Source: the human T2T-CHM13v2.0 reference genome, Homo sapiens
DNA length: 64,000 bases
Direction: 5' to 3' (one strand)
NCBI RefSeq assembly: GCF_009914755.1
Contig: NC_060935.1
Positions 31,150-44,600 of this stretch are shown here, piece by piece; position 1 is the first letter of the stretch; every line of letters starts with the position of its first letter. The notes under the pieces were generated by a model. It had not been told where the DNA came from and did no database searches. It saw only the letters and a program-made list of their open reading frames with translations. The translations under genes and the position numbers were made by a program.

Positions 31150-32630
31150 AAATAGATCAGACTTCTAGGTTTAAAAGCTTTTATACACATTTTTGTATGT
31201 GTCTTTGTGGAAATATGTATTCACATATTATATATAATATATATTATTTATCATATACTTATATTTTTTCTTCCATCTATACCTAGGATTGGAAATGTTG
31301 AGTCATAGGGCAGAAGAATGCTTGGCTTTAGTATACTGTCCTAAACAATTCTCCAAATCGTTTGTATCAATTCAGACACCCTTTAGCAACATATGAAAGA
31401 AGTTTCTCAACTGGTAATGTCAGTTTTTGTTTTTCTTTTCAGCTATCCTGGTGGAGGTGTAGTGCTTTTAATTTTCATTTCCCTGGAAATAAATGTCATA
31501 TATATTTTATATAATATTTGCCATTTGGATAGCCTCTTTTTATGAGGTGTCTACTCAATATATAGCCTATTTATAGTCTTTGTCTTTTTATTATTGCTTT
31601 GAAGTCCTTCATGAATCCTATATAAGAGTTCTCTATCACATATGTGTGTCATATATGTTTATCTACCTATCGGTCCATCAGTCCATCCACCTATAACAAA
31701 TATATTATCTTCCTTTTGTCTGTAGCTTGACTAGACACTTTGTTACTGCTGTATTTTAATGCTTACTTTTTTTTTTTTAACTTAACAAAGTAATTGTTTT
31801 TTCCTTTTATGGTTAATACTGTTTGAGTTCAATCTAAGAAATCCTTGCCTGTCCCAGGGTAAAGAAGAAATTCCATGAATTCTTCCTGGAATTCATTTTT
31901 TGCTAAAACCAGATGTGTTTTGTTTTTTTCTGAACACAAATCTGATTTATTTTCTCACCTTGCCCTAATAACCACACTGCCTTCATTATTTTATCTTTAT
32001 AAATCTTAATTTCTGGTAGAGAATCACTTTGTAATTCTCCGTCTGTTGAGACTTGGGTTCAAATTACACTGAATCTTTACAGAGTTTGGGAAAAAATGTT
32101 ATTTTAACAATTTTGAGTTTTCCAATCTATGGACATAGTCTACAATTGCTATTGGTTTGCCTTTGTTAAGAATTTCAACCATGTTTTGTACTTTTAAGCA
32201 AGGAAACTTGAACATCTTTTGATGGATTTTTTTTCTCTGATGAAGCTTATTTTCAGTGCTATTGTGGTATTTTAAGTGTACTACTGTTTGTTGCTAGTAC
32301 ATAGAAATAAAATTGAATTTTGTATATTGAATTATATCCAGTGACTATCATTTGTAATTTTTGGTAGGTTCTTTTGCATTAACTCTATATAGGAACATAC
32401 TTGGAAATAAAGATAATTTATTTTTTCTTTCCAATATGCATGCCTTTTATTTGTTTTTCTCTCCCTATTACACTGGTGGAAACTGAAGTAAATGTTTAAT
32501 GAAAATAGTGAAAGTAGACATTGTTTTCTTCTCCGTACACTCAGGGGGAAAGCTTTTAATATTTCACCATTAATTGTTGTGTTAGCTATTTTTTTCTTGC
32601 TTTCAGAGCTACCTTTCAACAGGTTCACAT
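31150..32630 (-). mobile_element. Old LINE-1 fragments (L1MD/ME-like)
   Basis: ORF 32332-32628 has IANTTINGEILKAFPL (L1 RT region); antisense L1 motifs. Confidence 0.75.
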
Positions 32631-33060
32631 AATATGTCTTCTCTTATAGTATATTATATATACTTAGTTTAAAGCCGATATCAAAATATGTTGAGAAAGA
32701 CAAACAATAATAATTATAAATGCAAAAGAAAATGCTCAGTTGTATTCAAAGTGATAATTGAGCACATACTATTTGCCATTTTCTATTTGTTTTAAAGTAC
32801 AAAAGCATGACTCGGGGAAATCATAATATAGAAAATTTAGTATCTTTCAGAAAGCCAGATCCATATTTGGTCCCACAAGGGAACTTAACACTTCTGCAAC
32901 AAGGTCCATTGCATTGGATCCTGACATTTACCAGTCTCTCCTCTGTTCTTTTAAGTGTACCGTCTTCCTGGGTTGGGGGTAAAGTATCCACAAAGCCAAG
33001 GGACATTCTCACCAAGACCTTACCAGTAGGTAAAATTAGCGTTATGTAGGTACATCAAAG

Positions 33061-33119
33061 TCTACAACATCTGGAATTTTATTTGGCACCTCCAATCTTT
33101 TCTGGAGTACATACAGTTG
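33061..33119. repeat. Copy 1 of a 59-bp dispersed direct repeat
   Basis: 56/59 identical to 35012-35070. Confidence 0.95.
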
Positions 33120-35011
33120 ACATGTGGGGAGATTCTGTTTATTTTGTCAAACATCTATTGTTTTATCTTGATCTTATTCTCCAGACTTCAAAATCTTGCT
33201 TTCAAAAGGTTAATGCCTCATTGTTTGTTTGGCTTTTTTTCTAACTCTGATAATATTTGACCATTTAGCTAGTTGATGTTTGTATACATTTTTTCCACAG
33301 CATTTAGGCTAACATCAGACTTTACATTTCTATTCTGATGTCACTGATTCCTATTAAGACAGAGATGGTACACTTGTAGTGAAGCCAGAGCATACTCCTA
33401 TGTGTTCCATACTGATTTATGGACATTGCTATACTGTGTCATTTTTGTTCTTTTTATTATTCTAGGGTGTTCTTTTCACTGCAACTTTTTTAGCTTTTAA
33501 TAATTCCCCTCTAATGGGTTGTCTTATGCCTATTGTGAATGTCCATATTCTCATTTTATTCAGAGCTTTATTTGTTCCATCAGTAAATATATTTAGTAGT
33601 TTGACATCAAATATACTTAAGTATAAAAATGACTGACTAAATCTAGTTTCTCTAGATAAATTTATCTAGTTACCCCTTCTTCTAGGTTACTTGTAGATAA
33701 TAAGGATATCCAAGATTAAAAGAGACAATGGTTGAGAGGTTCCTAGATGAAGATAAGCATGAAACATGACAGTTAAGGATTAAACCATGTAATCACACAA
33801 TAATTCCATTCCAAGATTGTAAAACTAATATAAATTTTTACAACAGCTATAGTTATTATAAAAAATATTACAAGCAAATTAATAATGGTGCTTCGAATGT
33901 CAGACCCCTTACCAGACTGATGTCCAAAAAGCTCTTGAGTAATATCCTTAACATGATGAAGATAAATCACTGTCAACCTAAAATTATATATCACGCTAAA
34001 AGATTATTCAAGAATGAGGGTAAAATAATGACAAATTAAAACACAGGAAAACAGAGAGTATTAATTATGGCTAATTGTGTAAGAAAATACAAAAAACAAT
34101 GTATCACAATAAGAACATTGAATCCAGGCAGAAAGATTGGGTAGTAATTGGTGAGGGTGAACACAGAAATTAGTATACGTGACAATAGTTCAATATAGTC
34201 CTTAATTACTGATAAAGATAATTTTAATTATTTTGAATGATTATATTTTAATGAGTCAATAGTTCAAACAAAAACAAAAAACAGCTCTTTTTTCTCCTAC
34301 TTCCAATTCTCTCATGCATTTACTTTATGCTACCGTATAATAAAAACATATGTATAAAGACAGAGCTGGCATTTGTTTCCTTTATCCTGAAAGAATGAGG
34401 ATTATATGAGTACTACATACATACAGCAATACGGAGTTTCCTGAAACTTTGCTCAGGACAAACGTAGAATGTATTCAGTAATTTGGAAAATAGAAGAAGA
34501 AGATTATAGTCCTCATTTACAATAAAATAAAATCTCCCATAAAGGTAAAAAAGCTGTTAGTGTATTAAAAATGGAAAAAGTAGGCATATCTGACGGTTTG
34601 TATGGATGTGCATGTGTTGTAAGTGTAAGACAGTTTGCTAAGTTTTCCTTTGTCAAATCACCTGCCCTATCATGTGTTCTATGAAATGATTCAGTATGTA
34701 TGGTCACTTGGTTCTCCCTTATAGAATTAGTTTCATTATCATCACCATTTTACTTTTACTTTCAATGTAGTGATTTCTTGATGCATTGTTAATCTCTATT
34801 ATATTTTGTTAGAGATTTTTTAAAAAGGTATTTACCTAAATTTAGAGTTAAGAATATTTGGCCAATAATACTAACAATATTTTGGGGGCTTAAATTAATC
34901 GCCTTGTTTTCCCATTTCCCATTAAAGAGAATGATATCACATGAAAAAACAGAACATACTGATACACCAATATAAAAGTGTATCTTGTAAATAGTTTATG
35001 CCAGCTTTGAT

Positions 35012-35070
35012 TCTAAAACATCTGGAATTTTATTTGCCACCTCCAATCTTTTCTGGAGTACAAACAGTTG
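35012..35070. repeat. Copy 2 of a 59-bp dispersed direct repeat
   Basis: 56/59 identical to 33061-33119. Confidence 0.95.
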
Positions 35071-36051
35071 TGTTTTATAGTGGCACTAAATCAACATACA
35101 TCTTCCCTGAGTTTGTCTGCCACTCTTTAATACTTAGTTTCTTGAATGTTCGTTGTCAGTAAAACAACTAATGCAAGCACAATGGGGGGCAACAGGAATC
35201 TATAGGTAAGGTAAGTGTTTTAATAACATCAGCCAGTGTTTGCAAGAAAATATTGCCAGTTGCTATGGGCATACAATTAGTGGTGACTGCAAATGCATGC
35301 AGGTATAATCATTGCTCTCTGCAAAAAGCTGAACACTATTTTGTCATTTATAGGAAATTTGGAGGATGATCCATCAGCTCAATTGAATAAGGAAAGTCTA
35401 TTTAAAATGCTGAAATGCTGACAATTATTGTAAAGAAATCTAGATTTCTTAATATTTTTGTCAAAAAAAATTCACCAACAGTATGAGAGACTAATATAGC
35501 TAGCATCTCGCACTTGTGGGTCAGGGAAGACGGGGATGCATTAAATACAAGCAGGATGGTCCTTCACTTGATGACATGGCTATTTAATATTGAGTATTCC
35601 CACTCTAAACACATATGCTTCAGAAGAGAACTTCATATTAAAATAAATTTTTAAATCATTAGATAATATTAAAGCTTTAAAACATAAATGATTCCTTGTA
35701 ATAAACAATGCAAATATTTGAGTTTCTTTTGGTGTGTATATGTATCCAACATTTAATAAAAATATTATGAAAACCACTATGAGTTTTTTTCTTGTTTCTG
35801 GACCATTACAAAAAAGATGTTACCACTATCTTTCTACTTTTTTTAACCTTATGTAAGTACTCTCAGAGGAGTCCAATTTACGGCTATTTTGAAATGGTAA
35901 CATTGTTCTAGAGTTATATATTATCCTCTAAATAATAGAATTCCAGTGAGCTGGAACAATCTGCTGCAGCTGATGTTTTAGCAAACAGACTATTCCGTGA
36001 AGCACAGTTGGAATTGCATCCAACTGTCAAGGAGATCCACAGAGAGTATAC

Positions 36052-36139
36052 CTAAGGATCTATATTGTCTGTGTCCAGGTAGAAGGGTAACAAACATCAT
36101 TCCTAATATTTTCTGGTTGTTCACTGGACTTCTCTGTGG
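36052..36139 (-). other. Candidate exon (strong 3' splice site)
   Basis: Minus strand CTAACTAATTAGCAAATTTCTGTTTTTTCAG|CCACAG: branch point, pyrimidine tract and CAG; possible weak donor TAG|GTATAC, or the exon is terminal. Confidence 0.35.
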
Positions 36140-36524
36140 CTGAAAAAACAGAAATTTGCTAATTAGTTAGATATGAGTTTATGTGCTATGTAAATGTGCA
36201 TTTAATCGAATTATTTCTGGATTCAGTAAATGAGGCTTAATATCAATGTGCCAATGGGCTTCCTTTGAATACTGAATTTCCCTGAGACTTAAGATGTTTA
36301 ATTGCAGAATAGGTGACCATTTAAAGAGATGCTATAGCTGACACGGAACCACTTGAACTTTACACAAACTTTAAATATGTTTTCAACCCTAACATTTTAT
36401 TTGTATTTTAACTATAACTTAACAACAGTCTCATGAAGCAGAAACTTAGGAGACAAATCAGTGTATATGAGAGGTAACTTTTCTCTAAATGGTTATTTCA
36501 AATATAATTGCTTTATTAATGTTT

Positions 36525-36800
36525 TCAGCAAATGTTTATTGAGCTTCTACTATGTCCAGTATCATATAAAGTACTGGGCTTATCTCTCTAAATGTGACAC
36601 ATATTATCCCTGACTTTGTGGAACTTAGGATTTAATGAATAATATTGATTTTAAACACTTAATGATCACACTTGTGATCATTCAAGTGATAAAAATAGGG
36701 TCTATAAGTATATATTACAAGGGTACCTGATTTCATTCCTTGAGAACTGAAAATGGCTTTTCCTGAGTAAATGTTTAAGCTGGGTACTGAAATAGGAGTT
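36525..36800. mobile_element. L2 remnant
   Basis: TTCAGCAAATGTTTATTGAGCTTCTACTATGT, typical of the L2 3' end. Confidence 0.6.
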
Positions 36801-37034
36801 ATGAAGTGGCCAGGTAAACACAAAGCCAATTTAATTCATGTTAAAAGGACAAGACAACCAAAGACAGTAAGGAAGGAAGGGAGGGAGGGAAAGACGGAAG
36901 GAAGGAAGGAATTAGGGTAACCTGGGCCAGACGTGATACTAAAGGAAAGTAAGGCATCAAGCTTAACTCTCCCACGTATATTCCTTATGTCTCATTATCA
37001 TCAGAATATATAGCATCATGAAAAGAGAACTATA

Positions 37035-37514
37035 GCATCATGAAAAGAGAAACCGCTTTGAAATCAGACAGATATATAGTTAAATGCTTTCTGTTCCTTT
37101 ACTGACTTTGTTACCTTGGGAAACAGTTATCCTCTCTCTCCCTTATTAAGGTTAAAATAATAATAGATTGTTAGCAGTGTTGTTGCAAGGATGAGAGAGA
37201 TCATTTGAATAGGGCTCTTTGACAGACCAAAAATTCTCAATAAGAGTTGACAAAATGGTGCTGATATTAATGTTGCATCATGAAAAGAGAAACTGCTTTG
37301 AAATCAGACAGATATATAGTTAAATGCTTTCTGTTTCTTTACTGACTTTGTTACCTTGGGAAACAGTTATCCTCTCTCACCCTTATTAAGGTTAAAATAA
37401 TAATAGATTGTTAGCAGTGTTATTGCAAGGATGAGAGAGATCATTTGAATAGGGCTCTTTGACAGACCAAAAATTCTCAGTAAGAGTTCACAAAATGGTG
37501 CTGATATCAATGTT
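37035..37514. repeat. Tandem duplication, 2 x 240 bp, of a MIR-like segment
   Basis: 37035-37274 versus 37275-37514 differ at 7 positions with no indels. Confidence 0.97.
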
Positions 37515-37538
37515 ATCATCCAATGTTAAGATGGCATC

Positions 37539-37841
37539 GGCCGGGTGCAGCGGCTCATGCCTGTAATCCCAGCACTTTGGGAGGCCAAGGTGAGCGGATC
37601 ACAAGGTCAGGAGTTCGAGGCCAGCCTGGCCAATATAGTGAAACCCCATATCTACTAAAAATACAAAACATTAGCTAGGCATGGTGGCAGGCACCTGTAA
37701 TCCTAGTTATTCAGGAGGCTGAGGCAGGAGAATCACTTGAACCCAGGAGGCGGAGGTTGCAGCAAGCCAAGATCACATGACTGCACACCAACCCAGGCAA
37801 AAATGCGAGAATCCACCTCAAAAAAAAAAAAAAAAAAAAAA
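37539..37841 (+). mobile_element. AluS
   Basis: Full Alu with A tail; TSD-like A(A/G)GATGGCAT on both sides. Confidence 0.95.
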
Positions 37842-39479
37842 GGATGGCATTGTATTTTTGAGCAGTTCAAGAAACTGAACAGGGAGATACAGCTTGCTGT
37901 TACTTTATTGGGGAATGTTCGATAATTATTTTTGCATATTTAAAATCCTTTCCCATATACTTCTTTACATAATATTTTTGTTGTCATGTTTTTCTGGACT
38001 CTTTCTTGTTACTGAAGTAATTACTCTTTCTAATCTAGACAGGCAACGTATTCCTGCTCCTTGATAGATGCATGGGCAGGAAAAATCCTGGTATTCCCAA
38101 CCATGAGTGATTTTTTAAAATGTAATCATTTTATTCATCTTTTGTCCAGTGATTCATTTTGGAGAATGCAAGTCTGCTTTTCAAAATGCACATATGCGAT
38201 GGGCCACTAGAGGACCTAAGACATTTCTGTAAACAAACAGATCTGCATACCAGTAATGACCTTAATTGACAGGCAAACATTTGTAATAATAGCTGGAGTA
38301 AATAAGTTTTTCAGGGAATGTTACAAATTTAGAAAAGGAGAAATGACATGTTATATGTTGTTTTCCATATTTAATATTTTCTATGGAAATAACTTTATAA
38401 TTTAATTGGTAAAGTATAAAAAATAGTTAAAGCATGAATTGCTGATACTGTTTATCTTATGAGCCACGAAGAGATTTTTGAATTTCTCATTGTCACAGAG
38501 AAAGTTAAAATGAATAATACATTTCTTTTCAGCCTTCAATAGCTAGAAAATGAAACAAATTGTTTTTAAGAATATAACTAGTTATAAGACAAACAATCAG
38601 GTAATGAGAGAAGTCACACATTTGCCAACCTTTTGTGTTTGAGCTTCTGTTACTTGTTAAAAAAATCATTCTTATAAAATGAAAATGTGTGTGAACATGA
38701 TACTGTGCAAATATATGCAAATGTTTAATTGTACATTTCTAATTTTGAGCCTCAAAATCTTAAATTTATCTCAAATGTACCTGGTTTTCAAATCTTCAAA
38801 TTAAATATATGCTTTTATCATGTTGATTGTTTACAATTCAAAATGGCATTGTATTGACCATTGAATCTCTCTTAAGTATAGCACAGAAGCCTATTGGTAA
38901 AATTTGAATTCATTAAATTTACTGCAGCAAGGGAAAACATAACTTGATATAGTGTCTCTGAGGTAGGCTGAGAAATGATATTTACAGGTTTTTGTGTGTC
39001 TAGGCTCATGTGATTTAAGGAAGGTGTTTCAGAGAGAGGAACTGATATGGATTGGACAAAGTTTATTCGATAATTTGAAGAAAGTACCAAAACCAAATTG
39101 TTTTGAAAAGTGTATAAAATACGTGTTATCTAATAAGCAGACTGTTTGCCCATGTGAGCAGTCTATTGTTTCAATAAGAGAGGTGTCTGTACAGATGAGC
39201 AAACTGCTTGGACAAAGTGGTTTGCAGGAACTTCCTGAAGCAAACAGTAAATTTCTTTGGTTTAAATTCATGTTTTCTTTGTTAAGAATTTCCTGAAACA
39301 GTTTTGTTAACACAGGTGCTTTACTGAGTTATATTTATGCTGATTCTATCAATTCTCAGGATCCCCATTCCTACCCCCCAACTGTATGTCATTCTCCAGC
39401 CTAAACTGGAGGATGTACTTCTACTATCTGGGAATGTGATCAGATCAGATTTCCACCTTATTATTATTGTTATTTTCAA

Positions 39480-39597
39480 AGACAGACGGAGTCTCACTGT
39501 ATTGCCTAAGCTTGTCTTGAACTCCTGGGCTCAAGCAACCCTCCTGACTTGGCCCGAGTAGCTGGGATTTATAGACATGAGCCACCATGACTGACTC
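39480..39597 (-). mobile_element. FLAM/Alu monomer
   Basis: GTCTTGAACTCCTGGGCTCAAGCAA...ATGAGCCACCATG. Confidence 0.8.
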
Positions 39598-40153
39598 AGA
39601 TCTCATTCTTTATATGAGAGCATCTGTGTCAATGTGTTGAATTGTCTTGGCTGACAAAATATATGTTGTTATATTTACATCATATATTCCTGAGAATTAC
39701 CAGTCTGTAGTGTTAGGTATCAGTGTTATGCATGCTTTATAGAAGGGCTTGGAAAGATCTTCTACCTTTTTAATGTCTCAAATAATTTACATAATATTTG
39801 GATTATTTAATCTGTAAATATTTGGCAGAATTTCTTTGAGGTCTTGTAGGTCTGATGATATTTGGCGGGGTAGTATCTTAATAATGACCATAATTTGATT
39901 TTTACTTTTTAGAATAGGTAATCTTTCAATAGGATCAACTTTTATAGTCTATTTTCTTAGGAAATTAACCATTACCTATAAATGTTCATATTTATTTGTA
40001 CGGTCTGCATATTAGTCTTATGATTTTTGAGTCACTTATTTTTAATGTTTATTTCCCCTTCACATTTTTTGTTTTACTAGTGCTTTCTCTCTTTTATTCT
40101 TGAGCAAGTTAGCTAGCAACTTCTGAGCTTCGATTTATTGATTATATCTAGAG

Positions 40154-40464
<311 letters not shown>

Positions 40465-40714
40465 TGATTATATCCACAGTTTTTCTATTTTTTATTTTTT
40501 ATTTTTTTTTTTTATCATTAGTATCCCCTCCATTCTCATTTGATACAAAGACTTTTTTTTCTTTGTCTAGCTTTTGTGAGGGGATATATTAACTTTTATT
40601 TTCATTCTTTCTGTATTATTAATAAACTTTTTAGTAACAGGAATTTTCATCTACTTCTGATTTAGATGTACCATGTATTGTGATGTATAGTGTATTCCTT
40701 GTCATTAACTTACT

Positions 40715-40865
40715 TGATTGAGATAGGATCTCGCTCTGTCTCCCAGGCTGCAGTGCAGTGGCACAATTATAGCTCACTTCAGCCTCAAATTCTAGGGATC
40801 AACTGACCCTCCAGCCTCAGCCTCCCAAAACCCTGAAATTACAAGTGTGAACTACCACACCTGGA
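40715..40865 (-). mobile_element. AluJ/FRAM-like monomer fragment
   Basis: TCTCGCTCTGTCTCCCAGGCTGCAGTGCAGTGGCACAATTATAGCTCAC. Confidence 0.8.
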
Positions 40866-42089
40866 AAAATTTAAATTTTTTAAATTATCTATCCATCCTT
40901 ATCTTTTTATTTGTTTTGAACTTACATGTATATGGAAACATTTTAAGATACTCATCATTAAGACCTTTGCTGATGTTTTCTCAGGCATCATTTTGTTGAA
41001 TGAGGGACATTCTCTGGTGTATTTCTCAAGAAGGGAAAATGGATGCAGAGTTTCCTAAGTTTATGTTGAATTTTTTTCCCTTATAACCCTGTTATTTTAA
41101 ATACTGAATGGCTTGATATAAAATCTTTCACCTTTGTTCACTGAATTAAAATAAGAAGAATGTTGCTCCATTGTTACCTTGCTTTGGATATTGGTTTTGA
41201 AAAGGCTGATGCTAGCTTAGTTCTTTTGCCTCTGAAAGTTGTAATATATTTGCCTTGGGGATTTTAACTTTGCTTTTCAAATCTGAGTATTTTGCTTAGC
41301 TCTTTCTCAGAGTAGACCATTCCCCCACATCTCCCGTCTCCGTATTCCCTATCCCCTCCACCCTGTGTCTTTCCACATAGTCAATGTGCCCTTCCAAATT
41401 TCAGACATTTTCTGAAAATATTTCTTATAGTTTTAAATATTAGATTTGCCTTTTTCACTTCTTTAAGGACTTTGAAAGTTTGACTATTGCTTTCTTTGCC
41501 AGTTTTCCATGTCTGTTGTTTCCCCCGACCTTTTTTACTTCCTCATGTTTCTTCCTCCTTCTGTTTCCTTGCCTTTGATTATTGCCACTTATTAATTTTT
41601 GAAGCTGTTCTATATCATGTAATTTTATTTGAGATAATCTTGAGTTCAATTAACTCTTTTCCATTTCTTCCTAATTTTTGTATGCTTGTTTTTAAGTTTT
41701 TGTAATTCTGATTCCTAGTTTTTCATACCATTACACACTTGTTTATATATATTTGCTTCTCCTTGGTGTGCCATAGTTTTCTTCTGGTTCATGGTTGTTA
41801 TTCAGAGGAAGAAGTTTTTCTTTAGTTAATATATGTAAAATTATCTTCTTGTTTAGAGTAATCTATAATATCCCTAGTTTAATGGCACATACTTCTGTCA
41901 GTATATTAAAATCTTGGTTGTTTGGTAGGCTTAATTTGTTTCATGATGGTTGGGAGAATCATTAGTACTCCAATTTTATGGTTTGCTTTTGTCTTTTAGA
42001 ACTGTAATATTCACATTTGCCTTTTTTTTTTTTTTTTTTTGCCTTCACACCTGAAATTCTAATGGGTGCTTTTTACTTTTTCTCTTTTA

Positions 42090-43490
42090 TTTTAAAGTAT
42101 ATTTTATTAATTAACACATAATAATTGTGTGTATATATATTAGGAGGTATAAAGTGATGTTTTGATACATACAATTTATAGTGATCAGATAAAAGTATTC
42201 ACCTATCAATCCTCTCAAACATTTATCATTTCTTTGTTTTGGGAACATTCAATATCCTCATTCTACCTATTTGAAGCTGTATAATATATTAATCTCAACT
42301 CTAGTAATCTTACAGTGCTATAGAACGCTAGAACTTATTCTTCTATTTAGCTATAATCAAAATATGGTACTGGCATAAAAACAAACACATAGCCCCCCAG
42401 TGCAACAGAATAGAGAGTCTAGAAATTAATCTTCATGTCTACAAGCCAACTGATTTTTGACAAAGATTCCAAGAACGTACATTGGGGAAAGGACACTCTT
42501 CTCAGTAAGTAGTGCTGAGAAAACTGTACATTCATACACAGAAGAATCATACTAGACCCTCTCAGCATACAAAAAAAAAAAAAAAAACTCAAATGGATTA
42601 AAGACTTAAACGTAAAACCCAAACCCATAAAACTACTAGAAGAAAACATATGGGAAATACTTCAGGACATTGGTCTGCAAAAAGATTTTATGAATAAGAC
42701 CTCAAAAGCACAGGTAACAAAAGCAAAAATAAATAGATTATATTAAGCTAAAAAGCTTCAGCACAGCAAAGGAAACAATCAGAGTGGAAGAACAACCTAC
42801 AGAATGGAAGAAAATATTTGTAAACTTGTCATCTGACTGGAGATAAATATACAAAATATACAAAAACGTAACCGTTGATAGCCAAAAAAACTAAACAATT
42901 CAATTTAAAAATGGGCAAATGGGCTGAGCATGGTGGCTTACGCCTAGAATCCCAGCACTTTGGGAGGCCGAAGTGGGCAGATCACTCGAGGTCAGGAGTT
43001 TAAGACCAGACTGGCCAACGTGGTGAAATCCTGTCTCTACTAAAAATACAAAAATTAGCTGGGCATGGTGGCACATGTCTGTAATCCCAGCTGTTGAGGA
43101 TGCTGAGGCAGGAGAATTGCTTGAACCTGGGAGGCAGAGGTTACAGCGAACTAAGACCATGCATGGCACTCCAGCCTGGGCAACAAAGCAAGACTCTGTC
43201 TCAAAAAAATTAAAAAAAGAAAAAACGGGCAAATGATCTGAACACACATTTCTCAAAAGATGACACGCAAACGGCCAACTCATGTATTTAAAAATTATCA
43301 ACGTCACTAATCATCAGGGAAATGAAAATCAAAGTCACAATGAGGTATCAACTCATTCCAGTTGGGGTGGCTATTATCAAAAAGACAAAAACAAATATAC
43401 GTCGGTTGTTTATATACCCGTGGGTTGTTTGTACACTGCTGGTGAGAATGTAAACTAATACAGCCACTATAGAGAATAGAGGTTCCTCAA
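42090..43490. mobile_element. L1MA-like insertion with 5' inversion (minus-strand 3' end 42090-42355; plus-strand ORF2 42356-43490)
   Basis: Antisense 3' UTR abuts sense ORF2 (ATGGTACTGGCATAAAAAC...GGTTCCTCAAA). Confidence 0.75.
42922..43220 (+). mobile_element. AluS inserted in L1
   Basis: Full Alu; TSD AAAAA(T/C)GGGCAAAT. Confidence 0.95.
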
Positions 43491-43499
43491 ATCTCAGTT

Positions 43500-44600
43500 T
43501 TGAAATATGTTTTCAAAAGATAATAGATTTTAATCTGACAGCTTTTAACTTTCAGTACTTCAAAAAAGTTTGTAGATGTCTTTTGCATTATTAAAGGAAG
43601 AGACATCTGCTATCATTCTGATCTTTTTTCCCCTCTATTTAACAGGTTTTCACCACATTAAATTTTCTCTTTACTATAGTTTTTAGCAATTTGATTATGA
43701 TATGACTTGGTATAGTTTTCTTCGTGTTTATTCTGCATTGGTTTCATTGTACTTCTTGGATATAAGAGTTTATATTAGTAAAATTTGGAAATTTTAGTCA
43801 TTATTTCTTTAAATACTTTCTCCAGTCTCCAGCCCCATTCCACTCGGGGACTCCTATTATATATATATATAAGGTCATTGGAAGTTTTACACAGATCACT
43901 GATACTCTATTTTTAAGTCTTTTTCTCCCTATTGAAGTTTATTAAACTTGTTTTCTGCATTGTCTAATGTGGCATTAATCCCAACCAGGTTATTTTTTTA
44001 TCTTAGTCATTGTAGTTTCTATGTCTAAATCTATGTCTCCTTTGTTTATCTATTTTTCAAATTTTTGCTTAATATTTTGACTTTCCTACAGCATCTTAGA
44101 CAATACCAGTTTTACTTTCCTTTTTTTAAGTATCTATCCCTTGTGGGTCCTATTTTCCTGATGTTGTATTTTACTTTGTTATTTGCTTGATAGTTTTGTA
44201 TTTTTTATTTTAATTTTGTGCTTAATTCTGGTAGACAGTTAAGTTACTTGGAAACAGTTACATTCTTTGTCATATTTCTTTTAACCATTATTTGGTAGAA
44301 CTAGAGGAGTGTCTGGTCTAGAGATAAGTGTGTGCCACTACTTTGCCAAAATCTCTTTAAATACTTTGTTCAACATTACGTGGTTTATGAAGGTTTGGGC
44401 CATTTTGGGTGAGAATAGCATTTTTTCCTTTTCCCTTAGGACTTCAGGGGATTTCTTTCCTCTAATTCTTCTGGATGTTTCTTTCTCTTTCTCCAGCGTT
44501 ATATAGCTTTATTATCTACTTCACTAATTAGTACTCAGCTGTAGACTCAATGGTGACCCTCTTCACATCTGTGGAGCCCTCTCCCTTTGGAGCTCTGACA
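43500..44600 (-). mobile_element. Old LINE-1 5'/ORF1-region remnant
   Basis: AGCAATTTGATTATGATATGACTTGG...TTCTTGGAT-type antisense L1M motifs. Confidence 0.6.

Noticed and set aside
35081-35215. Plus-strand donor AAG|GTAAGT with upstream TTTTATAG acceptor
   Set aside because: Isolated, with no partner plus-strand exons found and no informative reading frame
37009-37514. Repeat-spacer-like recurrence of a 17-mer (CRISPR-like)
   Set aside because: Only three copies, irregular spacing, and the intervening sequence is itself duplicated; eukaryotic tandem duplication
38870-39320. ORFs of 74-100 aa on both strands
   Set aside because: No recognisable protein; sequence looks like an old LTR fragment that I could not assign confidently
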